Shown: piece after piece, positions 1 to 10,629 of the stretch
How the letters are laid out: every line of letters begins with the position of its first letter
How positions within the stretch are numbered: position 1 is the first letter of the stretch
Virus record (IMG/VR): IMGVR_UViG_3300025652_000043
Location: 1-64,000 of that record
Origin: a virus
Reading direction: 5' to 3' (one strand)
DNA length: 64,000 nt
Translations under genes and position numbers: made by a program
The notes under the pieces: model-generated
What the model was told of the DNA's origin: nothing
What the model saw: the letters and a program-made list of their open reading frames with translations, nothing else
The model's database searches: none

Positions 1-2
1 TG

Positions 3-98
3 CATGAAGTATATAGCATTGGATTAGGTGAGCTTATTGTGGCTTTGATTATTGCTTTTAATATCTGGTGGCACAGAAATAAGATAAAACAAAACTAA
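3..98 (+). CDS. 3' end of a membrane protein (holin candidate), truncated by window edge
   Basis: Frame from nt 3 reads HEVYSIGLGELIVALIIAFNIWWHRNKIKQN*: a hydrophobic helix plus basic tail. Its TAA overlaps the ATG of the next gene (TAATG). Confidence 0.45.
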   Translation, partial: HEVYSIGLGELIVALIIAFNIWWHRNKIKQN

Positions 99-508
99 TG
101 GTAAAAGCATTTCTTTTAAGACTTGAAAAAGATTCTAAACAGACTTTGAGTGCTATGCATTTTTATCTTGGATTAAAATTACTGTTATCCGTAAAGGCTT
201 TAGAATTAACAGATAGAAATAACCAAACATCAATAAGTAGAATACCTGCTGGAAGATATAAATGTATTTTACGTTGGTCAACTAAATACAAATGGCATTT
301 TATAGTATTAGATGTTGAGGGTAGAGAGTGGATTCTTGTGCATTTTGGAAATTTCTACCGAGATACTAGAGGTTGTATTTTAGTTGGAAATGATTTTTAT
401 GACATTAATAAAGATGGTTACAAAGATGTTACAAGTTCAAAGAAAACAATAAAAAGGATTCTTAACTTACCAGGAGATGAATTTGAATTAATAATTATAG
501 ATGAATAG
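98..508 (+). CDS. DUF5675-family putative endolysin / L,D-transpeptidase-like enzyme
   Basis: Motifs IPAGRY, ILVHFGN and DTRGCILVG (His...Cys) are typical of DUF5675. Lies between two membrane proteins. Confidence 0.75.
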   Translation: MVKAFLLRLEKDSKQTLSAMHFYLGLKLLLSVKALELTDRNNQTSISRIPAGRYKCILRWSTKYKWHFIVLDVEGREWILVHFGNFYRDTRGCILVGNDFYDINKDGYKDVTSSKKTIKRILNLPGDEFELIIIDE

Positions 509-1129
509 ATGTTAGCATTATTAAAAATAGAGAATTTAAAAGTATATGCTATTGTAGCAGGGATTCTTTTTGCAATATGGTTTTATAAAGATTGGCAGCA
601 TCAAAAAGCTGAGAATAAACGTCAAACTGAAAACATAGAACAGTTAAGATATTTTGACAGTCTTAAGTATGCTTCACAAACCTATAGTAAAAAAGAGCTT
701 AACGAATATTTAGAGTACAATAGACAGGACTTACAACAGTTTTTGAAAGACCAAAAAATTGCTACTCGTAAGATTGAAAGAATCATAACTCAAAAATTAA
801 CCTATCAAGACAATGTAGATAGGAGTGTTAATTTACAACCAATTTTAGATGCTATAAATAAAAGACAAGATATTAAGATACCTGTTGTAGACAGCACTGA
901 TTGTTTAATCATTAAAGGATATGTTGCATTTGAAAATGATACACTTAGCTTAAATATCACAGACCGTAAGTTTAAAAACAAATCTGATGTTGTTAGTTAT
1001 TGGCAAAGAAATCAATGGAAAATCTTAGGAATTAAAACTAGATTATTTGGGAGAAAAAAAGCAACAGTTATTATTAGAGATAATTGTGGAAACACAGAAA
1101 CATTTATAATAAATAAGAAGAAAAATTAA
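509..1129 (+). CDS. Membrane-anchored spanin-like lysis protein
   Basis: N-terminal TM (VYAIVAGILFAIWFY), coiled region and C-terminal WKILGIKTRLFG; follows the endolysin candidate. Confidence 0.5.
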   Translation: MLALLKIENLKVYAIVAGILFAIWFYKDWQHQKAENKRQTENIEQLRYFDSLKYASQTYSKKELNEYLEYNRQDLQQFLKDQKIATRKIERIITQKLTYQDNVDRSVNLQPILDAINKRQDIKIPVVDSTDCLIIKGYVAFENDTLSLNITDRKFKNKSDVVSYWQRNQWKILGIKTRLFGRKKATVIIRDNCGNTETFIINKKKN

Positions 1130-1185
1130 GATTAATATGTAATATAGTTAAGAGAAATGATTAACTATTTTTAATTATTTTTTAT

Positions 1186-1193
1186 TAACTTTG
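1186..1193 (+). promoter_or_regulatory. Bacteroidota sigma70 -7 element TAACTTTG
   Basis: Matches the TAnnTTTG consensus just upstream of the ATG at 1199, in an intergenic AT-rich gap. Confidence 0.5.
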
Positions 1194-1198
1194 TGTTC

Positions 1199-1981
1199 AT
1201 GGAACACAAGATACTTGGTAGAAGACTAATTAAACACTTTGATAAGATGGTTTTTGATGAACCATCTCATACTTATAAAGTAAGAGGAAATGGGTTAATG
1301 CCTGTTTCAACTTTTATTAAGAATTTTGTTAAACCTTTTGAGGCAAATAAAATTGCACCTTACACTGCAGCTAAAGAAGGAATAACTACACAACAAGTCC
1401 TAACTAATTGGGATACAATTAGAATTGAAGCATGTGCTAATGGAACAAGGGTACATGACTTTGGTGAAAGATATGTTATAGATAATTATAATGTATCATC
1501 TGATTTAAAGTTCAAGAGTGTCTTGCAACATTTAAAGAATGATGAAAAACTTCAACCTAAAGAACTAGCTTTAATAAAATTTTGGAAAAAGAAACCTGAA
1601 TATTATATTCCTGTAGCTTTAGAGCTTAGAATGTTTTGTGAGGAATTGGGTATAGCAGGTACAGCAGATATTATCTTACTTGATACAAGAGATAATACTT
1701 TGGTTATTGCTGATTATAAAACAAATAAAGATTTGTTTAAGCAATATAAAGACCAAAAATTATTAGGTATATTTAAGCATATGAATGACTGTCCTTATAG
1801 TAAGTACAAAATTCAATTGTCTATGTATCAAATTTTATTGGAATTGACAGGCTACAAAGTAAGTAGAAGATTCTTAGTATGGCTAAAAGAAGATGGAGAA
1901 TATGAAGTTTTTGATACAAAGAATATTACTGGAGAAATAATTAATTATTTTGCTTTAAGAAAGCAATATGCAAATTGGTAA
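1199..1981 (+). CDS. PD-(D/E)XK exonuclease-like protein
   Basis: FDEPSHTY, GTRVH, IAGTADII...IADYKTNK and YKIQLSMY motifs. The ATG at 1199 is preferred over the GTG at 1193, which lies in the promoter element. Confidence 0.8.
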   Translation: MEHKILGRRLIKHFDKMVFDEPSHTYKVRGNGLMPVSTFIKNFVKPFEANKIAPYTAAKEGITTQQVLTNWDTIRIEACANGTRVHDFGERYVIDNYNVSSDLKFKSVLQHLKNDEKLQPKELALIKFWKKKPEYYIPVALELRMFCEELGIAGTADIILLDTRDNTLVIADYKTNKDLFKQYKDQKLLGIFKHMNDCPYSKYKIQLSMYQILLELTGYKVSRRFLVWLKEDGEYEVFDTKNITGEIINYFALRKQYANW

Positions 1982-2729
1982 GACAATGAAAGTAGAAGAA
2001 CTTATACAAAGAGTACAATCTCTATATTCCAAAGGGGCACAGAGTAGAAGTACTAGATTGATGTCAAGACACATTTATAATAAGCTACTTAGTGTTAGGT
2101 CACTCTTAGTTTTTCAAAAAAGAAATAAGAAACAACTATTATCAAAATGGAATTATTCAGTAATACCATGTGTAGAACTAGAATTAGTTGATCCAAGTGA
2201 ATGTGATTGTTTTGTTTCTCCTGGATGTAATCTTCTTAGAAGTACATCCAAACTTCCAAAACCTATTAATGATATTGGTGGATATCTTATTGAATCTGTT
2301 ACCTCTGTAGATGGTGCAATACAAATTACTGAAACAACTTACTTAAAGAAAAATTGGCAAGTAGATGATAAGTACACTTCAAATAAACCTAAATGGTTTA
2401 TTAAAGATGACTATTTATATATAACTATAACTAGAAAATTAAAGGCAGTTACAATAGTAGGTATGTTTTCTGATTTTATGGAAGTAGAAAGTTTTGTTTC
2501 TGCATGTGCATCAGATTTAAATGAGACTTGTCCTATAAATCCATTTGAAGTAGAGTTCTCAATAGATGAAGAATTAATAGACCCTTTAATTGAATTAACA
2601 GCTAAAGAATTATCTGCAGGTTTCAGATTTGGTTATGAAGATAGAAGAAATGATTCTGTAGATAAAGTTGAAGGCAAAGGTGAACCACAACAACAACAGA
2701 GAGCACAACAACAGAGAAGAAGACAATGA
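1968..2729 (+). CDS. crAss-like tail/neck ring structural protein
   Basis: IPCVELELVD...C...C..LRS...LPKPI and YTSNKPKWFIKDDYLYI pattern; syntenic position before IHF, tail tube and muzzle. Start may be 1986. Confidence 0.65.
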   Translation: MQIGKTMKVEELIQRVQSLYSKGAQSRSTRLMSRHIYNKLLSVRSLLVFQKRNKKQLLSKWNYSVIPCVELELVDPSECDCFVSPGCNLLRSTSKLPKPINDIGGYLIESVTSVDGAIQITETTYLKKNWQVDDKYTSNKPKWFIKDDYLYITITRKLKAVTIVGMFSDFMEVESFVSACASDLNETCPINPFEVEFSIDEELIDPLIELTAKELSAGFRFGYEDRRNDSVDKVEGKGEPQQQQRAQQQRRRQ

Positions 2730-3193
2730 GACAAGCCTATAAATATTATAGACAAGCAGGTGGAGGTGCAGAAGTAGACAGAAAAACTTTTTGTAAAATC
2801 ACTAACAAGTTTAATAAATTTATAATGAGCTTGGTTTTTGAAGGAGATGAAGTTAAGTTACCTGAAAAATTAGGTACTATTTCTGTGAAAGGGAAGAAAA
2901 TAAAAACTGAATTTGATGAGGAGTTAGGGAGAATAGTTAATCAAGCTCCTGATTATCAAGAGACTAAAAAACTTTGGGCTAAATGTCCAGAATGTGAAGC
3001 TAACAAGCAAATGGTGTATCATCTTAATGAACATTCTGATGGTAATAGATATAAGTTCTTTTGGAGTAAAGAAAGAATGATAGTGGAGAATAAAATGTTT
3101 TACACTATGATTTTTACAAGAACAAATAAAAGACATGTATCTCAATTAATTCAAGATGGAAAAGACTATTATGTAGAGCCAGTAAAATATTAA
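2726..3193 (+). CDS. IHF/HU-like DNA-binding protein (crAss IHF family)
   Basis: LVFEGDEVKLPEKLGTISV HU-like motif, PDYQETKKLW, NEHSDGNRYKFFWSK; conserved crAss synteny. Confidence 0.7.
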   Translation: MRQAYKYYRQAGGGAEVDRKTFCKITNKFNKFIMSLVFEGDEVKLPEKLGTISVKGKKIKTEFDEELGRIVNQAPDYQETKKLWAKCPECEANKQMVYHLNEHSDGNRYKFFWSKERMIVENKMFYTMIFTRTNKRHVSQLIQDGKDYYVEPVKY

Positions 3194-3197
3194 AATT

Positions 3198-4166
3198 ATG
3201 AGTAAAGAATTAACTTATACAACTGTAAACAGAGTATTTTCTAAACTAAGTAGAGACTTAGGTACTGATGAATTTTCTGAAGATGATGTTATTGAATGGA
3301 CAGGTGAAGCATTAGAAGCAATTGATGCTGTAACTATGTTAGAAGAATGTGTTGAATTTATTGAAGTAAAAAATCATGTAGCACAATTACCTAAATTCAC
3401 TAACTCAATTATTCAGATAGCTGCACATACTGGAGACTACAGTACATTCACTCCTGAAGAAGTTATAGAAAGTCTATGTGAAGTAGATAGTTCTACAGCT
3501 TATGATCCAGATTGTAAATGTGATACAACAAATAAGTATATTCCTGTAGATGCTTCTGGACATCCTATTTTTGATAGTGATGTTTATGAATGGCAACCTA
3601 CTATTAATGTACAAGCTGAATATGTAAACTGGACTTCATGTAGTGCTTATGCAGCTTCTTGGGCTGTTGTAAGACTAGCTAATCATACTTTTTTTAATAG
3701 TATAGTTTGTAAAGAAAAAGATTCAGATTTACTTTACTCTAATTCTAAAGATGAATATACTATTATAGGAGATAATACTTTAAGACTTTCTTTTCAAGAT
3801 GGTTTTATAGCAGTGTCTTATGCAAGACAAAAATTAGACAATAGAATGTTTCCTATGATTCCTGACCATTTTGCTTACTTGACTGCAATAACTAAGTATT
3901 GTACATTAAAAATAATGGAAAGACTTTGGTTGATGGGTAGAGAAGGTTATGAAAGAAAGGTTATGAAACTTGAAGCTGATTGGCAATGGTATTGTAAGCA
4001 AGCAGGTAATAGAGCATTAATGCCTAAAGGTATAGATGCTTATCAAAATCTTTTGGACCAATCTCAATACTTGCTTCCTAGAAACTTTAGATATGACCAA
4101 TTCTTTAGAGACTTATCAAGACCTGAAAATAGACAATTTAATGACCCTGATAATAGAAATAACTAA
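3198..4166 (+). CDS. Tail tubular/ring protein (P22 gp4-like, crAss Ttub)
   Basis: DVIEWTGEALEAI, EVKNHVAQLP, PMIPD and WQWYCKQA motifs; directly upstream of the muzzle gene. Confidence 0.7.
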   Translation: MSKELTYTTVNRVFSKLSRDLGTDEFSEDDVIEWTGEALEAIDAVTMLEECVEFIEVKNHVAQLPKFTNSIIQIAAHTGDYSTFTPEEVIESLCEVDSSTAYDPDCKCDTTNKYIPVDASGHPIFDSDVYEWQPTINVQAEYVNWTSCSAYAASWAVVRLANHTFFNSIVCKEKDSDLLYSNSKDEYTIIGDNTLRLSFQDGFIAVSYARQKLDNRMFPMIPDHFAYLTAITKYCTLKIMERLWLMGREGYERKVMKLEADWQWYCKQAGNRALMPKGIDAYQNLLDQSQYLLPRNFRYDQFFRDLSRPENRQFNDPDNRNN

Positions 4167-7100
4167 TGGCTAAACAAGAGAAAACATCACCTAAAGTAAT
4201 TACTCCAATATCAGGCTTACACACTGACTCTTCTCCTATAAATCAACCTGTAGGAACTTATAGATTTGCTTTAAATGCAGTTAATCAAACTAAAAAAGGA
4301 AGTGAAAAGTTTAGATCAGCAGAAGAATCTAATGAAGAGTGTTATCAATTAACTACAGGATTTGTTCCAATAGGAGAAACTTATATAAGTAAAGGAAAAA
4401 CAATAATCTTTTCTACAGCTTTAGATAATTCTATATCTGAAATAGGGATTGTAGATGACCAATGTCAATATACTGTACATGTATCAGGAGATTTAGGATT
4501 TAAAGTTCAAAATCAAATTGATGCTACTTTTAGATTAAGAAGAGGATGTGAAGAAACTGTATATTGGGTAGATGGAGATAACAATAAACCTTTTTATTAT
4601 AATTTTAATAGTCCTGAGAGTTTCAAAGATAGCCTTGGAAATTTTGATAAAAAGAAATTTGAATTAGATAGAAGCTATACTGACATACCTTTATATGAAA
4701 GTGTTGAGGTTTTAGATTCTGGTGGTCAAATACTTCCAGGTTCAATTAATGTGGCTATACAATACTTAGATGAAGATTTAAATCCTACTGAATGGATTTC
4801 AACTTCTCCTACTATTAAAATTTATAATGACTTGTCTATCAAGGACTTTAGAGAGATTAGAGGAAGTATAACTTCAAATGAATCTTTTCTTAATTTTCCT
4901 CCTACAAGTAAGGCTATAAAAGTTAATATAGACCCTTCTAGTTTAGATAAAGATTTTGTCTACTACAGACTAGCATTTGTAGAAGCTACTGCAGGAACAG
5001 GTATAGTAAATAATGTAAATTTTACAAGTGTAATACCTACAAGCAAAGGTTTCTTTATTTATACGGGTCAAAATTTTGAGAGCCAAGGTACAGAAGCTGA
5101 AATAAGAGTTGTAGTAGATGCTATTGCTTCTGCAGGCTCTATTGAACAAATAGAAAATAGATTAATTTTAGCTAATACAAAAGGTGTAAAAGTTGATTTT
5201 TGTAAATTACAAGAGTATGCTTCAAGAATTAAAGCAGATTGTGAAACTAAAACAGTAATACTTACTGACTTAACTGACCCATCTAATCCTAAGAATCCTA
5301 CTCATGAGTTTGGTGGAAGAGGTTATATGCCAGGAGAACTATATTCCTTTGGAATAGTTTATGTTTTTGAAAATGGACTTTTATCTCCAGCATTTCATAT
5401 TCCAGGAAAATCTACTAAAGTTTTAGACACTTTAATATACTCTCCTGGTGTAGATATTTATCCTATGTACACTGATAATAAAGGTATTAGTACATATACA
5501 GAAAATGATGATTGTGGTAATTTACAGTATTGGGGATTAGATTCTGAAGGAGACTCTTTACTAGGTCAACCTATAAGACACCATAGATTTCCTTTAAGAA
5601 ATCAAATAAATTTACCTTTAATTACAGATGAAATACAGGAAGTTGCACAAGTTACTCCCTTCTATAATTTAATATTAAATATTGCAGGAGATTTAATAGT
5701 ACCTATAGATGATTTAGAAATAAATTATAAACCTCCTTTTGATATTAGAGTAAGCTATACAGTGAATGGACAAGATTTCTTTTTCTCAGAAAGTATTAAT
5801 CCTAATTATTTTATTAATGGAACAACTGAAACATATTTAGGAGCAACATTTTATGAAAAAAGTAAATTTCATAGTTCTAATGCTTTTACAGATATAATTA
5901 TTGAAATAATTGATGAAGATGGTAATACAATTGCAGATAATAGTGCAGTTACCACTGGTATTCCAGACATTAGTACTGTTTGGAGCACTTATTTCAGTAA
6001 TGCTTATGATTCTGCAGGTGCAGGTACATCAATATTTACAACTGATGAGACCTATAACTCTTCTGTACAAGGAAGAATAGTTGAAACACAAATATTAGGT
6101 ATTAAGTTTTCAGGTATAGACTTACCACCAGAGGATATTTTAAATGGTCAAAAAATAATAGGGTACTATATAGTTAGAAATGAAAGAACAGAGTTTGATA
6201 AGACTATTTTAGATTCTGCTGTAATGACACCAACCCTTGAAAATAGTAAATATATTTCACATGGATTATTACAACCTGAAGTAGGTGTTGTAGGCACATT
6301 AAATACTAGTGTCTATGGACTTATACATCCTGAAAATAAATTCAATAATAGAGAATATTTTCAATATGATGAACTCATACAAGAGGGAAACTTTAAGGTT
6401 GAACAAAGAAAATATGGTAAAGTAAATTATGATGATGTTTATGATGGTACTTCCTATAATTCAGATAAACAAAAAGATGGAAATGATGATGGACATTCTA
6501 AAGATGGTTCACCAACTTCAAGAGGATTAGATGGATGGAGTTTTAATTTAATAACAAGAGATACAATAGTCTCTTATGAAGATACAGAAGCTTTTACTTT
6601 AGATGTAGAAACTCAAGTTAAAGAAATTTTTTATTTAGAGGCTTTAGAAAGTAGAGCTATTAATGATAATGCTAATGATGTTTATAATATAAGTTCAGAT
6701 AACAAAGTGGGTATTTTACAACTGACTGATGGTTTAGTTTTACCTGCAGGAAACAACCTTCCTTATGTTGTATTTAAAAGAAAAAATCTTGATTCCTATT
6801 CTAATTTTAGAACACTTCCTTATTATAAAGAGACAGTAAACCCTTCTTTATTTCCTTTAGGAGTGACTACAGATGAAACAACTTGTTTTGGTGGAGACAC
6901 TTATGTATCTCCAATGAGATATGTAAATACTATGTTTTGGGATAATAGAATTGCAAAAAGAGCTGGACAAACTTCAGTTTTTAATATCATATTAGGTGCA
7001 GCTTTAATCATATTTGGTGGACTATTAGCAGGACTTACTTTAGGATTAGGTTCTATAGGCTCAACATTTGCTATTGGAGCAGGAGTAGCTTTACTTGGAG

Positions 7101-10100
7101 CTGGAGCTTTAATTGCTAATTCAGGAATTAAAATGGAAACCTACAATAAAGCTTATGGTCAAGAGTATGATAAAGGATTAAGGGAAACTGTTTTAGATGA
7201 TTGGGTAAGGGCTTTTTATAATTATAAAAATAATGCTTATACTCAATTATTTGATTTTGAAGGTAATGGAGAAACTGGACAAACTGGTCCATCTGATGAT
7301 ACAATACAATGGATAGGAGATTGTATTACAGACCTTTGGTTTGAATCTTCTGTCAATATGTCTTTAAGAACTAATATAACTTCTGATGTTTCTCCTTTCT
7401 TAAATTCTCCAGGAAAAATAGAATCTGGAAATGATACTAAAATTGGTACATGGGAGTATTTTGGTAAAAATTATACTAATAGTAATTCACAGAGATATCC
7501 AATATCTTCTTTAGAAAGACATATAGTTTCTAAACTATTAGCTTTTGATCCAGAAAGAGATGATGTTAGATATTATTTAGGATTAGCTTTAGGAGAATAT
7601 TATAATATTAATCCTGACTATACAAGACTTAATAATCAAAAAATATATTACTCCTTACCTTTAGAATATGATTGTTGTTCAGATTGTCAAGAAGAGTTTC
7701 CTAATAGATGGAGATGGTCAGAGCAATCTTTTCAAGAGGAGTTAACTGATAATTTTAGAGTTTTTCTTCCTTTAAATTATAGAGATGTTGAAGGACAAAA
7801 AGGTTCAATAACTAATCTTTATAGATGGCAAGGTGCATTGTATTTGCATACTGAGGAAGCTCTTTGGCATGCTCCACAAACTTTTCAAGAAAGAATTACT
7901 GGAGATATAGTGTCTTTTATAGGTACTGGTTCTTATTTTGAATTGCCTCCTAAAATTATATTAGATGAAGATAAATCATCTGCAGGTACTACTCATAAAT
8001 GGGGCTGTATTAAAACTAAACATGGTATTTTATTTCCTAGTCAAATAGAGAATAAAATTTATCTATTCAATGGAGAACTTAAACCTATAAGTGATATAGG
8101 TAATTCTCAATGGTTTAGAAAGCATATGGAATCTTTAGTGGCAAAACAATATTATCTATCTAATAATAGAGATTATCCTTATTTAGATAATCCTTCTAAT
8201 CTTTATGGAGAAGGTTTTGTATCAGTCTATGATACTGAAAAAGAAAGGCTTATAATTACTAAAAAAGATTTTACTTTAAATGATACTTTAGTTGCAACTA
8301 CAGACTATGAAATTTGTGAAAATGGAAGTAATGTAACAATCTTTGAAAATTTTGAACAGACTATTGCAGAGCAAGAAGATTTAGGTTGGAATTATATTGG
8401 AAATGTAAGTGCAGAAGATAGTACTATTGTTACAATAGATGACACTCCTATAGAAGTAAACACTTATATATTTAGTAATAATCCTTTTGGTACTGTTATT
8501 CTTAATCAAGTGAATAGTGCAGTTTCAAACTATTCAATTAAAGGTAAAAAGAATGGTGCTCCTGTCTTTAATCTTACTGCTCAAATTTATAGTTTAGCAG
8601 TAGGTACAAATTTTCCTGAAACTTTACTAGAGACTTCTTCAGATATATATGCTGTAGGAGATTTAACTACTGACTTTCAATGGTTAGATTTTAGTTTCTC
8701 TGGAATAGACTATGGCAATGTTGCTATTATAATAACAGAAATTGACAGTACAAATTCAACTAGTGGAGATTCTTTTGTAACTGCTTATGATACTGTAGGA
8801 TATAATCCTAATTTTATAGTAGTTAGCTCTTTTGACCAAGGAGTTACATGGAACAACCCTGCAGGTGCTTCTGTACAAACTAATATTACTTTTGCTCCTG
8901 TAGGAGTATGTAAGATGAAATTCAATAGAACTATTTTTACAGAGATAATTGAGCAAAGGGAAATCACTACAATTTTACCTAATAATGCAGATGTAGTTGT
9001 TCAATTAGATATGTCAGCATCTTTTGGTGACCCTGCTAGAACAAGTATAAGACTTGCAGCACTTCTTTGGGAACAAACTTTTATTGCTGATAATCCTACT
9101 TGGGAAGGGAATTTATATTTCCAAGAACATCAAGATGAAGGTATAAGTGAAAGATGGTTAAGAGGTTTAGAGTTTATTAGAAACAGAGTCCCTAATTACT
9201 TATTCTCAAGAGAATTAATAACTGCTGGTACTGAAGTAGGTCCTGCAACTCCTTTAGTAGGAGATGTAAGTGACAATATAGTTTTAGTTTCTTTTGTAAA
9301 TGAAAATGTAGGTACTTCTGCTTATCATGATGTGTCTATAGCTAATCCTATACCTGATGGTAATGCAGAATTTTATACTGATAAGGCTTCTTTTATAAGT
9401 GAATATGATTCTCTTATTGCTGCAGGAGGCTCTTTTTCAGGACTAATTTATCCTATAGTAATGACAGAAGACACATTACCATTACTTTCTGAACCTACTA
9501 GAGGATTTTTACAACATATTTTAGGTGCACTAAAAGATGGAGACTATACTACTGAAGAAATTGCTGTAATTAATGCACAACCAAACCCTTATATACAAGT
9601 TGCACCAGATGAGTGGGATTTATTAATGACTTCACTTGCAGGAGTTAATTCTTATACTTCTCCTGGATTAGAAACTTATGGATGGACAGGACTTTATAAT
9701 AGAGGATGGGGAGATACTAATTTACCTGTAATCACTCCTGAACAATTTCAATTAGATGTAGATACTTTTCTTCAAGGTATGACCTCAACAGAAATTATAG
9801 ATGTTACAATAAATGTGGCATCTACAGAATATCAAGAAATTTCAGGAGTGCCTTTAGTTGGGAACTTAAGAAATCTAGATAATAGTTGGACTATGAGTTT
9901 CTCTTTAAAAGATAAGTCTTGGACTTCTTGGCACTCTTATTTACCTAACTTTTATTTCTATACTTCTGATAAGTTTTATTCTTGGGGTGCAGGAAGTGCA
10001 TTTATGTATAAACATAATGTTGAAGGGTCTTATCAAAGATTCTATAAAGAAAGATTCCAATTTATTTTAGAATATGTTTCTTTATCTGATGGACTTCAAA

Positions 10101-10597
10101 CTCAAATTTGGGATAGTTTAGAACTTCATACTGAAGCCAGAAAATACTTTGAAGAATTTGATGAGTATGTAGACCAAAGATTTATTACATTCAATAGAGC
10201 TATTCTTTATAATACAAGACAATGTTCAGGAGAATTGATATTAGAGTGTAAAGACACTAAACTTAATCCTGAAGAATACTTAGAACAACAAATTACTAAT
10301 AGTAGTAACACTATTATAGTAGATAGAAATGAAAGAAACTGGACTCTTAATGACATTAGAGATATTAGAATAGACTATGAATTACCTATGTTTGATTCAA
10401 GTTTAGGTTCAGTTCAAACTGAATATTTTACAGATAAAGTACTTAATACTTCTACATTAGATACAGGTAAAAATTGGTATGAGTTAGAAAGTTTTAGAGA
10501 CAAATTTTTGATTGTGAGGTTAATTTTTGATAACTTTGAGGATGTTGAACTAATCATGCACCACTCAATTGAGAAAGATTACCCTTCTATGAGATAG
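4166..10597 (+). CDS. Tail stabilization/muzzle protein (P22 gp10-like, crAss Tstab) with inserted domains
   Basis: GLHTDSSPINQPVGTYRFALNAV, VYWVDG, NRLILAN, GYMPGELYSFGIVYVF, IRHHRFP, SWTMSFS..WTSWHSYLP and FRDKFLIVRL. Contains inserts including a VWA-like DMSAS motif. Confidence 0.8.
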   Translation: MAKQEKTSPKVITPISGLHTDSSPINQPVGTYRFALNAVNQTKKGSEKFRSAEESNEECYQLTTGFVPIGETYISKGKTIIFSTALDNSISEIGIVDDQCQYTVHVSGDLGFKVQNQIDATFRLRRGCEETVYWVDGDNNKPFYYNFNSPESFKDSLGNFDKKKFELDRSYTDIPLYESVEVLDSGGQILPGSINVAIQYLDEDLNPTEWISTSPTIKIYNDLSIKDFREIRGSITSNESFLNFPPTSKAIKVNIDPSSLDKDFVYYRLAFVEATAGTGIVNNVNFTSVIPTSKGFFIYTGQNFESQGTEAEIRVVVDAIASAGSIEQIENRLILANTKGVKVDFCKLQEYASRIKADCETKTVILTDLTDPSNPKNPTHEFGGRGYMPGELYSFGIVYVFENGLLSPAFHIPGKSTKVLDTLIYSPGVDIYPMYTDNKGISTYTENDDCGNLQYWGLDSEGDSLLGQPIRHHRFPLRNQINLPLITDEIQEVAQVTPFYNLILNIAGDLIVPIDDLEINYKPPFDIRVSYTVNGQDFFFSESINPNYFINGTTETYLGATFYEKSKFHSSNAFTDIIIEIIDEDGNTIADNSAVTTGIPDISTVWSTYFSNAYDSAGAGTSIFTTDETYNSSVQGRIVETQILGIKFSGIDLPPEDILNGQKIIGYYIVRNERTEFDKTILDSAVMTPTLENSKYISHGLLQPEVGVVGTLNTSVYGLIHPENKFNNREYFQYDELIQEGNFKVEQRKYGKVNYDDVYDGTSYNSDKQKDGNDDGHSKDGSPTSRGLDGWSFNLITRDTIVSYEDTEAFTLDVETQVKEIFYLEALESRAINDNANDVYNISSDNKVGILQLTDGLVLPAGNNLPYVVFKRKNLDSYSNFRTLPYYKETVNPSLFPLGVTTDETTCFGGDTYVSPMRYVNTMFWDNRIAKRAGQTSVFNIILGAALIIFGGLLAGLTLGLGSIGSTFAIGAGVALLGAGALIANSGIKMETYNKAYGQEYDKGLRETVLDDWVRAFYNYKNNAYTQLFDFEGNGETGQTGPSDDTIQWIGDCITDLWFESSVNMSLRTNITSDVSPFLNSPGKIESGNDTKIGTWEYFGKNYTNSNSQRYPISSLERHIVSKLLAFDPERDDVRYYLGLALGEYYNINPDYTRLNNQKIYYSLPLEYDCCSDCQEEFPNRWRWSEQSFQEELTDNFRVFLPLNYRDVEGQKGSITNLYRWQGALYLHTEEALWHAPQTFQERITGDIVSFIGTGSYFELPPKIILDEDKSSAGTTHKWGCIKTKHGILFPSQIENKIYLFNGELKPISDIGNSQWFRKHMESLVAKQYYLSNNRDYPYLDNPSNLYGEGFVSVYDTEKERLIITKKDFTLNDTLVATTDYEICENGSNVTIFENFEQTIAEQEDLGWNYIGNVSAEDSTIVTIDDTPIEVNTYIFSNNPFGTVILNQVNSAVSNYSIKGKKNGAPVFNLTAQIYSLAVGTNFPETLLETSSDIYAVGDLTTDFQWLDFSFSGIDYGNVAIIITEIDSTNSTSGDSFVTAYDTVGYNPNFIVVSSFDQGVTWNNPAGASVQTNITFAPVGVCKMKFNRTIFTEIIEQREITTILPNNADVVVQLDMSASFGDPARTSIRLAALLWEQTFIADNPTWEGNLYFQEHQDEGISERWLRGLEFIRNRVPNYLFSRELITAGTEVGPATPLVGDVSDNIVLVSFVNENVGTSAYHDVSIANPIPDGNAEFYTDKASFISEYDSLIAAGGSFSGLIYPIVMTEDTLPLLSEPTRGFLQHILGALKDGDYTTEEIAVINAQPNPYIQVAPDEWDLLMTSLAGVNSYTSPGLETYGWTGLYNRGWGDTNLPVITPEQFQLDVDTFLQGMTSTEIIDVTINVASTEYQEISGVPLVGNLRNLDNSWTMSFSLKDKSWTSWHSYLPNFYFYTSDKFYSWGAGSAFMYKHNVEGSYQRFYKERFQFILEYVSLSDGLQTQIWDSLELHTEARKYFEEFDEYVDQRFITFNRAILYNTRQCSGELILECKDTKLNPEEYLEQQITNSSNTIIVDRNERNWTLNDIRDIRIDYELPMFDSSLGSVQTEYFTDKVLNTSTLDTGKNWYELESFRDKFLIVRLIFDNFEDVELIMHHSIEKDYPSMR
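10507..10538 (+). promoter_or_regulatory. Putative Bacteroidota sigma70 promoter upstream of cargo genes
   Basis: TTTG (10507-10510), 20-nt spacer, TAACTTTG (10531-10538); about 90 nt before the ATG at 10630. Confidence 0.4.
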
Positions 10598-10629
10598 TAA
10601 GGTTCAACTTAAAAAACATTCATAATAAT

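Noticed and set aside
2687-2729. CAA-rich poly-Gln/Arg tail of the ring protein
   Set aside because: Short low-complexity coding tail with no evidence of a functional repeat.
4166-10597. Diversity-generating retroelement target in the tail gene
   Set aside because: No reverse transcriptase gene and no TR/VR repeat pair noticed in this window.
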